Assembly: GCA_965223705.1 (NCBI GenBank)
Contig: OZ245015.1
Coordinates: 1,024,001 to 1,088,000 of the forward strand
Length of the DNA: 64,000 bases
Reading direction: 5' to 3'
Source: Myxococcota bacterium
GTDB taxonomy: Bacteria > Myxococcota_A > UBA9160 > UBA6930
The notes under the pieces are model-generated. The model was not told the DNA's origin. It made no database searches and was given only the letters and a program-made list of their open reading frames with translations. A program made the translations under genes and the position numbers. Below, piece after piece: positions 25,926-33,737 of this stretch (the stretch's first letter is position 1; each line of letters opens with the position of its first letter).

Positions 25926-28498
25926 CTGGTCTGACGGAGGAAGGCCTCAGAAAACGGCTCGACCGTAACCTCCTCGGCTAGGTCGAGGGACTCCTTTGCG
26001 CGTAAAAAGAGCTCCCCAGTCTCCCACAAGTATTTGACAAGGTGGCCTCTCTCTTCTGTCAACTTCCTCGTCAGGCCGTAGCTAGCAGCAACGCATTGCC
26101 GATGGCCGTGGTCGCGAAAGAGCGGACGATGATTTTCGACCTGGCCCGCTGTTTCGATTCGGAGGCGGTTAAAGTCGTCCAGCATGATCAGGGTGTCACC
26201 GGACTGGGCGGTGAGACGCTCCCGCACCCCCTCCAGAGAGTAACCCTTCGCAGTGAATGTGATCGAACAGAGAGACCCATCCCCGAAGTGCAAGCTGACA
26301 ACAATGTCTGAATCACGCTCAGATCCCGTGTGACTACGGAGCGTGATCGGGTAGCGCGCCTCCTCGGGTACGCACAAGTAGATGAAGTCGGTCCAGTGAC
26401 AGAGGTTTCCAAAGATTCGACCTCCCTCCTCGGGCCTGGCATACCAATGCCCTTTTCCAAGGTGGTGGCCGACAATCGACCAGTGAACGGCTTTCGGGCC
26501 CCGCGCAGCCCGGAGCGACTCGATTGTTCGCCGTCCTAGGTTGCTTTTGGGACGATTGAAGCCGAGACCGATTCCAGCAGTTGAGTCGCGGACGGCAGAG
26601 CACAAGCGAACCAATTGATCCCGGTTGACTACGTGCGGCTTTTCGACATGGACGTTTTTATTTCGGCGCAAGGCTTCTATGGCGTAGTCGGCGTGAGTCG
26701 AGTGTGTAGACGCGACGAAGACTAAATCGATGTTCGGGTCTTCAAAAATGTCGTTAGCGTCCGTCGTGCAGTGAACACACCGGTAGGCTTGTGCTAGCGA
26801 CGCTGCTCGATCGGGATTCAGGTCCATCGCGGTTCGCATCACGTCGCCAAAATCTCGTCGCAGGTAATATGCGAGGCTCGAGAATGCGAAACTACCGCAC
26901 CCGATGAGGCCCACGTGTTTGCCGGGGCTCGGTCCTTTCTCGAGGGCCGGTGGGCCATCGAAGTGCTTCTTCAGATGGTATCGGCCCCGGATCTTCGCGA
27001 CGGTACGTGAGGGTCCATAGAGGCGGACATAACGGAAAACCTTGCGAACCTTCGCTTCCATCGGTGCATCGAGATAGTCCGCAAGGCCAGTGTCGTCTTC
27101 TGGCTCGTGTATGTCCGCAGGCGAGGCGGGCGCTTCGGATACGACGAATCGTTGCTTGCCGCCCGGTCCGAGGGGAATCCTGTCAACACAGGTGACGGAA
27201 ACCGCAAGCCCCGAACCCAAACGTTCCCTTATAGAGGCAGTAAGCTTCTTGAGCGAAGCCGGCGTCCAGTCGTCACCGACAACCACCAAGACGTCTAGTT
27301 GCGAAGATTGTGTCTGACGAAGTTGGGCTTCTCGGACTCCGTCGATGCCCTTGAATATGTGGTCGAGTCGTCCAAACGTGCGGCCGTCCGGGGTTCGGAT
27401 TTCGTCTTCAATCCGGCCGTCAATTCGGGAAAAGACCTGACCGCATCGAATCGGACTCTCGGGATTCTTTAGCAGCGTGCCGATATCTCCGATTCGGTAG
27501 CGGATGAGCGGCATGGCATGGTTTGCGAGGCCTGTGAGAAGAATCGGACCGCGGATGTAATCGTCGGTTTCTTCGAGAGGCTCAACCTCGACAATGCAAA
27601 ATTCGCCGTCGGGGTAGAGGCGCGCGTCTGCCTCGGAGGACATCGAAGCAGCGAGCTCCGAACAGCCATAACGTTCAATCACAGGAGCGCCAAACGCCTC
27701 CTCGATCGCATCTCTCTGGAACGGGAGAAGAGTTTCCGACGAGGAGAAAACAGCTTTCATCCTACCAGGCTGAAGGGGCTCTCCTGTCTCAAGAAGTGCG
27801 CACGCGACGCGGTACAGGAAAGACGGGTAGCCCTGCGCGTAACTCGCGTCGGATGCGCGAATTTCTGTCGCATACTCGTGGAGGTTTCTGTGGTTTAGGT
27901 GATAGGCCGAGAACAGGGTTTGACCCTGGGATCGATCGTATCGCCAGAAGGGGCCGGACTTTTGATCAACGGGTACGATCACCTGACCGCTGAACGTAAG
28001 GTGTGGGTCGCCCAACGCTACGCCTGCTCGCATCCTGCGTCGCCAGACGATCGCGTACTCCTCCGCAATCGCGTTGCGCGTTGCAGCGATTTGTAGAGGC
28101 GTTCCAGTAGTCCCGCTGGTCGCTAGAAAAATCAGATCTCGAGACGGAATATGTCGCGCTTGTAGTTTCTTGGGCTGGTCCCGGACACTCGCTTTTTCCA
28201 GCGGCTCGATCTGGGCGAGTGTTCGCTCAATACCTTCTTGAGGGTCCGCGGATACGAATGCTGGTGGAAGGTCTGCATAGAACGCGGTGTGCCTGCGAGC
28301 GATATCGACGAGTGTCCTAAGTCGCTCATACTGAATCGAACGCAATTCGAACTCTGAGCACGATTCGGAGGATTGCAATGATGCAAGCGCTTGGCTGAAG
28401 CGCGCACCGAAGCGCAATCGCTTGCGAGCCAGCCCGCCGAGCGTGCAAGCTACGTTTTGAGCGTAGATCGGAAGGCGATTGTAAAGCGCGCTCGACAT
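25922..28498 (-). CDS. Fusion: phenylacetate-CoA ligase/CapK-like adenylating domain + Gfo/Idh/MocA oxidoreductase
   Basis: N-half TSGTTGTP, YAQGYPS, SSSETL, RYGCSE, MPLIRYRIGD, GRIED, GKQRFV; C-half GLIGCGSFA, STHSTHA, VEKPH, GFNRP, GGRIFGNLCHWTD. Confidence 0.85.
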   Translation of the reverse strand: MSSALYNRLPIYAQNVACTLGGLARKRLRFGARFSQALASLQSSESCSEFELRSIQYERLRTLVDIARRHTAFYADLPPAFVSADPQEGIERTLAQIEPLEKASVRDQPKKLQARHIPSRDLIFLATSGTTGTPLQIAATRNAIAEEYAIVWRRRMRAGVALGDPHLTFSGQVIVPVDQKSGPFWRYDRSQGQTLFSAYHLNHRNLHEYATEIRASDASYAQGYPSFLYRVACALLETGEPLQPGRMKAVFSSSETLLPFQRDAIEEAFGAPVIERYGCSELAASMSSEADARLYPDGEFCIVEVEPLEETDDYIRGPILLTGLANHAMPLIRYRIGDIGTLLKNPESPIRCGQVFSRIDGRIEDEIRTPDGRTFGRLDHIFKGIDGVREAQLRQTQSSQLDVLVVVGDDWTPASLKKLTASIRERLGSGLAVSVTCVDRIPLGPGGKQRFVVSEAPASPADIHEPEDDTGLADYLDAPMEAKVRKVFRYVRLYGPSRTVAKIRGRYHLKKHFDGPPALEKGPSPGKHVGLIGCGSFAFSSLAYYLRRDFGDVMRTAMDLNPDRAASLAQAYRCVHCTTDANDIFEDPNIDLVFVASTHSTHADYAIEALRRNKNVHVEKPHVVNRDQLVRLCSAVRDSTAGIGLGFNRPKSNLGRRTIESLRAARGPKAVHWSIVGHHLGKGHWYARPEEGGRIFGNLCHWTDFIYLCVPEEARYPITLRSHTGSERDSDIVVSLHFGDGSLCSITFTAKGYSLEGVRERLTAQSGDTLIMLDDFNRLRIETAGQVENHRPLFRDHGHRQCVAASYGLTRKLTEERGHLVKYLWETGELFLRAKESLDLAEEVTVEPFSEAFLRQTS

Positions 28499-28499
28499 C

Positions 28500-29165
28500 T
28501 TAGTTCGGGACGAACTTTGGGAGCTCGCGCATCAGGGGTTCAGCGATCTCGAAGAAGACCTGATCTGCACTTTCGATTTCGTCCCGAACGATCGGAATCG
28601 TGAATCGCACCAGAGATCCATCGGTCCGGCCTGTCATCCCGCGATCCCAGGTCAGTGCCACGATCTTTTTCCAATCATCGGCAATGACGCGGCCGCGAGA
28701 TTGATACCAGTAGTACACCAGACGCCGAGCGTTCCCTTTGGCGATAACGAGTCGGTTCACCCGGGCGGGCTGCTCGGGGAGTCCTGGGAGCGACACGGCT
28801 GGTTTTTCATGCTCGATGATGTTCCAGCCAGATCCAGGCAGACAATGTTTGGGCGGATGTATCGCCTTGACACCGGTACCTCCGCCGTCCACGCGAGCTT
28901 GGACTTCGTGATATCCGATATAGACATTCACAAACTGGGAGCGGTCCACGCTCTGGAAATCACACAAGAGATAGTCTGTGACGCCCAGGTTGTTCTCAAT
29001 TTTTTCGCTCATGACTTGGTTCGTTGCGCAGGAAAAGGGTCCGAGCTCTTTCGGAAAGGCTACGAATTGTTCTCGCTCCGGAACTACGGAATGCTTCGCG
29101 AGGTGGTAGTACGCGTAGTAGTTAGTTGCTAGGAACATCAGCGCTGCGAGGATCTTGAGAGTCAC
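28500..29165 (-). CDS. epsI: Exosortase-associated protein EpsI
   Basis: N-terminal TM, FPKELG, NVYIGYH, IHPPKHCLPGSGW, LVYYWYQSRGR, RTDGSLVR. GTG overlaps the exosortase stop. Confidence 0.85.
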   Translation of the reverse strand: MTLKILAALMFLATNYYAYYHLAKHSVVPEREQFVAFPKELGPFSCATNQVMSEKIENNLGVTDYLLCDFQSVDRSQFVNVYIGYHEVQARVDGGGTGVKAIHPPKHCLPGSGWNIIEHEKPAVSLPGLPEQPARVNRLVIAKGNARRLVYYWYQSRGRVIADDWKKIVALTWDRGMTGRTDGSLVRFTIPIVRDEIESADQVFFEIAEPLMRELPKFVPN

Positions 29166-30037
29166 GACGACACCCGCTTTTGCGGCCGCCAAGACGCAGG
29201 CCAGAGTTTTTCCAACGCCCATGCTTCGAGTAACAACAACACGAAAGCGATCGCGAACGTGAATAGGCCCTCGGTTTGATGGATCCAGCCTCCAGCGGCC
29301 TCCTTCCCAAAGTAGTGCGTTAGCACTCCTGTGAGACCAACTCGGAAGGCGTTCACGAGGATCGCGATAGGTATCGCGGAGAGAACGATGATGACTCGCT
29401 CGCCCCAACTCTTCCTAAAGAAGTAAGCAAAGATCACTCCTAACGTGACCAAAGCCATAAGGGACCGGAGCCCACTGCACGCTTCTTCGACGAAGAGCTG
29501 CGTGTTCGCGAGGTGAATAATGTTCCCTTCGAGCAGGGCAGGGATGCCGAGCGCGTAGAGCGCGTTGGCGGCCGCGTCGGCCGCGATCAGCTGCAGGGGA
29601 AACGCGACCACATTTACCAGCGATTGTGGCAGCGGAATCATCAAGAACAGAAACCAGAGCGGAAACGCAAGAGCCTTGTAGATTCGACGCCCCGCGAATA
29701 GGAGGATCAACCCGTGAACCGCCAGCACGAAGGACACTCGCATGTTCATCAGCTCGACACCGAGCCGGCCAATCGCAAGGGTGATTGAGCTGAGGGCAAG
29801 CGGTGCGAGCCCCAGCCAGGAAGGCTGCATCGCCAGCCTCCGTACGATGGGTTTGCGCTGCCAGGCGAAGTAGGCCGCGAGCGGTGCGACAATAAAACCG
29901 TGCGAATAGTCAGGCACCGCCTGCCAGTGCTTCACCATGAAAAACAGGATGGGGCCATAGAGGACAGTGGCAGCGGCGAGGAGGAACCAAAGCGCCGTGC
30001 TTTCAATTGGCCGAACTTGGGCTGTTTCTTCCGGCAA
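29162..30037 (-). CDS. Exosortase (EpsH/Xrt family)
   Basis: DYSHGFIV, LFLMIPLP, VEEACSGLRSL (catalytic Cys), NAFRV (Arg), WIH (His); about 8 TM segments. Confidence 0.93.
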   Translation of the reverse strand: MPEETAQVRPIESTALWFLLAAATVLYGPILFFMVKHWQAVPDYSHGFIVAPLAAYFAWQRKPIVRRLAMQPSWLGLAPLALSSITLAIGRLGVELMNMRVSFVLAVHGLILLFAGRRIYKALAFPLWFLFLMIPLPQSLVNVVAFPLQLIAADAAANALYALGIPALLEGNIIHLANTQLFVEEACSGLRSLMALVTLGVIFAYFFRKSWGERVIIVLSAIPIAILVNAFRVGLTGVLTHYFGKEAAGGWIHQTEGLFTFAIAFVLLLLEAWALEKLWPASWRPQKRVSS

Positions 30038-30065
30038 GATTGATCCCTACGCTTACTAGCGGCGG

Positions 30066-30093
30066 ACATCGGCTGTTCCCGAAGCATGAATTA
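30066..30093 (-). promoter_or_regulatory. Putative sigma28 (FliA/SigD/WhiG-type) promoter for exosortase-epsI
   Basis: Minus strand TAAT-N16-GCCGATGT. Confidence 0.55.
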
Positions 30094-30166
30094 ACCCTAC
30101 AGCGGGGGCCTCTGCACGCGAGGGAAAGCGGATTCTCAAAATAGGAAAACCTTTTCCACGAAAAGC

Positions 30167-30194
30167 TCAAAATCTGCCCGCGGTCTGCCGATCG
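30167..30194 (+). promoter_or_regulatory. Putative sigma28-type promoter for the sigma54 activator/EPS export operon
   Basis: TCAA-N16-GCCGATCG, 8 nt before ATG 30203. Confidence 0.55.
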
Positions 30195-30202
30195 GCCCAT
30201 TA

Positions 30203-31564
30203 ATGAACTCTGCGTCCGGCAAACGCGTGTTGGTGGTCGAAGCGGCGCGGGACGTCGTCGCGGCTATCGAGTCCTGGGCCGCCGTTCACAACATCGTCGT
30301 AGTTCAAAATCCCCGAGGGGGTCTGGCCGAACTACCTCTTGCCGCGATCTGCTCGATCGACGGTGAAGCCGATGACCGCCTTGCCGAATTTCGCGTGCGC
30401 TGGCCGGACACAACAGTTGTCGCAGTTGGCACCGATTGCGCAACGGCGGACATCGTCGCGTCCTTTCGAGCCGGCGCAGATGACTTTCTGGCAAATCCAA
30501 TCGACCCCACAACGTTGGCGCAGGTGATTGAACGCTCCAGTCGGTCCCGCGTTGCGCCAGTTTGCATAGACGTCAAGCCTGGCGAGGCACTCGAGCTACT
30601 CCGAAGTTCAACGAACTCGGAGATGATTCGAATCACCCAACTGGTCGAAAAAGTGGCGGCGACGGACATCGCAGTTCTGATCCGGGGCGAGAGTGGTACC
30701 GGGAAAGAGCTGGTCGCCCGCGCGCTCCACGAGCGATCCGACCGCGCTGCCGGACCCTTTGTCAAAGTCAATTGCGCAGCTCTTCCTTCAGAACTTCTCG
30801 AGAGCGAACTCTTCGGATTCGAGCGGGGTGCGTTCACGGGAGCCCAGAAGCGGAAACTAGGAAAATTCGAGCACGCCGAGGGTGGCACCATATTTCTCGA
30901 CGAGATCGGAGAGATGGCACCGCAACTCCAAGCGAAGTTGCTCCAAGTCTTACAGGATGGGGAGTTTTCGAGACTGGGGGGCCAACAAGATGTCCGAGTC
31001 GACAGCCGAATTATCACCGCCACCAATCGCGATCTCGAAATGGCCGTTTCGCGCGGCGAGTTTCGCGAGGACCTCTACTACCGCGTCAACGTCGTAACGC
31101 TGTCGCTTCCGCCCCTCCGCTCAAGGCGCGAGGACATTCTGCCTCTCGCCAGGAGTTTCGGGGAGAGGTTTGCGATCGAGTACAACCAGGACGAATGGAC
31201 GCTCTCTGCCGAGGACCTCGCCTTGCTTGAGAACCATTCTTGGCCAGGGAATGTCAGGGAACTAGAGAACGTCCTTCGGAGACTGGTCGTCCTGGGCGGT
31301 AGCCTCGACCTTAAGGCGGAGCTTCGGCCCGCGGAGACGGACTCCGCGTTGCACAAAGCGTTGCCCGAAACACCCATTGAGGGTGAGGCGCTCGATCTTA
31401 AAGCGATCGGACGGGCGGCCGCGCGGGGCGCTGAGCGCGCCGTGATGGAGCGGGTGCTCGACCAAACGCGCTGGAACCGCAAGGAAGCCGCGAAACGCCT
31501 ATCAATCAGCTACAAGGCACTTCTCTATAAGATACGGGAGACGGGGCTTCGTGAGGCACATTGA
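30203..31564 (+). CDS. Sigma54-dependent enhancer-binding protein with degenerate receiver domain
   Basis: GESGTGKE, ESELFGFERGAFTGA, FLDEIGE, FREDLYYR, WPGNVREL, Fis-type HTH. Confidence 0.93.
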   Translation: MNSASGKRVLVVEAARDVVAAIESWAAVHNIVVVQNPRGGLAELPLAAICSIDGEADDRLAEFRVRWPDTTVVAVGTDCATADIVASFRAGADDFLANPIDPTTLAQVIERSSRSRVAPVCIDVKPGEALELLRSSTNSEMIRITQLVEKVAATDIAVLIRGESGTGKELVARALHERSDRAAGPFVKVNCAALPSELLESELFGFERGAFTGAQKRKLGKFEHAEGGTIFLDEIGEMAPQLQAKLLQVLQDGEFSRLGGQQDVRVDSRIITATNRDLEMAVSRGEFREDLYYRVNVVTLSLPPLRSRREDILPLARSFGERFAIEYNQDEWTLSAEDLALLENHSWPGNVRELENVLRRLVVLGGSLDLKAELRPAETDSALHKALPETPIEGEALDLKAIGRAAARGAERAVMERVLDQTRWNRKEAAKRLSISYKALLYKIRETGLREAH

Positions 31565-31588
31565 CCCCGCGGGGGTCCGGAGGGGGAC

Positions 31589-32206
31589 ATGAGGAAGGCA
31601 CACGAAAGGATCCGAGGTCAGCTTGGACTTCTACTGGCACAGTTGCTCGTCGCCGGGTGTTTCGGTTGCGCTCAGTCGCCGCCCAACTTGACGCCGCCGC
31701 CAGAACCGACTGCACCTCCTGGAGAATACGTCATCGGCGCAGCCGACCTACTCAGAGTAACTGTGTGGCGAAACCCCGAACTCTCCGCAGACGTTCCGGT
31801 ACGCCCCGACGGCATGATCTCTGTGCCCCTCGTAAACGAAGTTCAGGCGGAGGGCAGGACCCCGACGGCACTCAAGGAAGATTTGACCGTTCGGATGACC
31901 GAGTACGTATCGAATCCTGAGATCACAGTTGTTGTTCTCCAGGTCAACAGCAAGAAAGCGCATGTTCTTGGTGAAGTCATCCGGTCTGGTCCCGTTAGTC
32001 TCGAGACGGAGATGCGCGTACTCGACGCGATCGCCGCAGCTGGCGGCTTCGGCCCGTTTGCCAACAAGAAGAAAGTGCGCGTCCTCCGGCGAGACAACGG
32101 CAAGGAGATTGAATACCGATTCAACTACTCTGCGTACCTGAGTGGCAAATCGCCCGAGTCGAACCTCCTCTTGAAACCCGGCGATACTATCGTCGTGCCG
32201 GACTAG
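31589..32206 (+). CDS. Short OPX/Wza-family polysaccharide export lipoprotein
   Basis: Lipobox-like LVAGC/FGC, YVIGAADLLRVTVW, VRPDGMISVPLV, SLBB domain (VLGEV...AAAGG); ends LKPGDTIVVPD. Confidence 0.9.
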   Translation: MRKAHERIRGQLGLLLAQLLVAGCFGCAQSPPNLTPPPEPTAPPGEYVIGAADLLRVTVWRNPELSADVPVRPDGMISVPLVNEVQAEGRTPTALKEDLTVRMTEYVSNPEITVVVLQVNSKKAHVLGEVIRSGPVSLETEMRVLDAIAAAGGFGPFANKKKVRVLRRDNGKEIEYRFNYSAYLSGKSPESNLLLKPGDTIVVPD

Positions 32207-32208
32207 CC

Positions 32209-33705
32209 ATGAAATTTTTGCTTTTTCGTTCTCTCGCGTTGATTTTGGTCGCCGGTGTATTAGGTGCGAAGGATTCGGTCGCCGCCGACTTACTGTTCGA
32301 ACCCGAGCTGTCCGTCGAATTCGACGACAACGTGTTCTCGAGTTCAGACGACGAGTTCACCGATGTGTTGTATCGCGCGCGTCCGCGGGTTCGCGTCGAG
32401 GACGAAGATGGGTCCTTTCAGTTCGCTTTTCGCTACGAACCTTCCTTTGAAGCATTCGCGCGTGCCGATGGTATTTCAAACTGGGAGCATACTCTGCGCT
32501 GGACGGGCGAGTGGCGCGTTAGTCCCCGTACGATTCTAACGTTTGACGATCGCTTCGATCGACTGACCTCTGCTGGACGCTTCAACGAGTTATCAACGGA
32601 CGCCGACGGTGAGCCCGCGACTGACGAAGTTTTCGGACGCCGGCGCTACAAGAGGAACTCAGCGAATCTAGCGCTAGAGCACCAGCTTCGGCCGAACCAC
32701 TTCGTCTCAGTCAATGCCGGTCACTTCTACCAAGACTACGGCAGCGACAATCTTGGGACATTGGAGTCGATTTCTGCCGGCCTTCAATACCAGTACGTCC
32801 TCAGCCGGTCGGATCGTTTGGGTCTTGGTGTGTCGTTCACGAACCAGGAGTTCGAGGACTTTGGTTTTCAGGACGACTCAGAAACTGACTTCTACTACCT
32901 GTTCGGCTCGTGGACTCACGAGTTTGATCCAACTCTGACGCTCTCGCTTTCGGCTGGGCCGACTCTTGTGAAAACTGACTCTCCCGGTAGTCAGTCGACG
33001 ACCTTTGCAAATCAGCTCGACACCCCCGTGGTGTTCGATGGGTCAAGCTTTCGTTTCGTTGATCTAGGGACCTGTGACGTCGAGGGCGGTGTGCCGATCT
33101 TAAGTGGATGCTCACCGGTCGGCCCTGCGCTGTCGCAAGCTGTCGTCGATTCCTTGCCTCGCGGTCCTCTGGCACTGCTTGGGGCCCCGTCAGACCCAGA
33201 CGATACGGACGTTACCTTCTTCGCGAATGGCTCACTCACGAAGCGCTGGGGAGCCCAATGGACCACTCATTTCAGCTATCGCCGGCAAGCAAGTTCGTCA
33301 TCACAATTCGGTACCAGTACCGTTTCTGACACTTTCAGGGCAGCCGCGGTTTGGATCCCCTCACCGCGCTGGCAAGTTGATCTCGTCGGGGTTTACTTTA
33401 ATCGCGAGCAGTCCAGTGAATCCCAGATTCTCGTCACGGCTTTGGGTCCTTCCGGAACTTTCGTTCCGCCGATCGCAGACTCTGTGGGGATTGTCGCGGT
33501 CGAAACCGATAACGGCATCGATACAGACCAGTGGCACGTCAACGTGATGGTCCAACATCGATGGAATCGGCGCTTGACTCTTTTTGGGCGGCTTTTCTAC
33601 GTCGAAGACGAGGAAGATGGTGATCTTGGATTCGGCCGAGAAACAGAGCGATTTCGAGCATTTCTCGGGGTCCGTTACACGTTCGAGAGATTTCATCTCT
33701 ACTAA
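32209..33705 (+). CDS. Outer-membrane beta-barrel protein (putative EPS porin)
   Basis: Signal peptide, FDDNVF start motif, amphipathic strands with aromatic ends, C-terminal LGVRYTF; lies between OPX and PCP. Confidence 0.75.
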   Translation: MKFLLFRSLALILVAGVLGAKDSVAADLLFEPELSVEFDDNVFSSSDDEFTDVLYRARPRVRVEDEDGSFQFAFRYEPSFEAFARADGISNWEHTLRWTGEWRVSPRTILTFDDRFDRLTSAGRFNELSTDADGEPATDEVFGRRRYKRNSANLALEHQLRPNHFVSVNAGHFYQDYGSDNLGTLESISAGLQYQYVLSRSDRLGLGVSFTNQEFEDFGFQDDSETDFYYLFGSWTHEFDPTLTLSLSAGPTLVKTDSPGSQSTTFANQLDTPVVFDGSSFRFVDLGTCDVEGGVPILSGCSPVGPALSQAVVDSLPRGPLALLGAPSDPDDTDVTFFANGSLTKRWGAQWTTHFSYRRQASSSSQFGTSTVSDTFRAAAVWIPSPRWQVDLVGVYFNREQSSESQILVTALGPSGTFVPPIADSVGIVAVETDNGIDTDQWHVNVMVQHRWNRRLTLFGRLFYVEDEEDGDLGFGRETERFRAFLGVRYTFERFHLY

Positions 33706-33737
33706 GAGCCAGTAGACGCGGGGCAAGAGAGGAAAAC

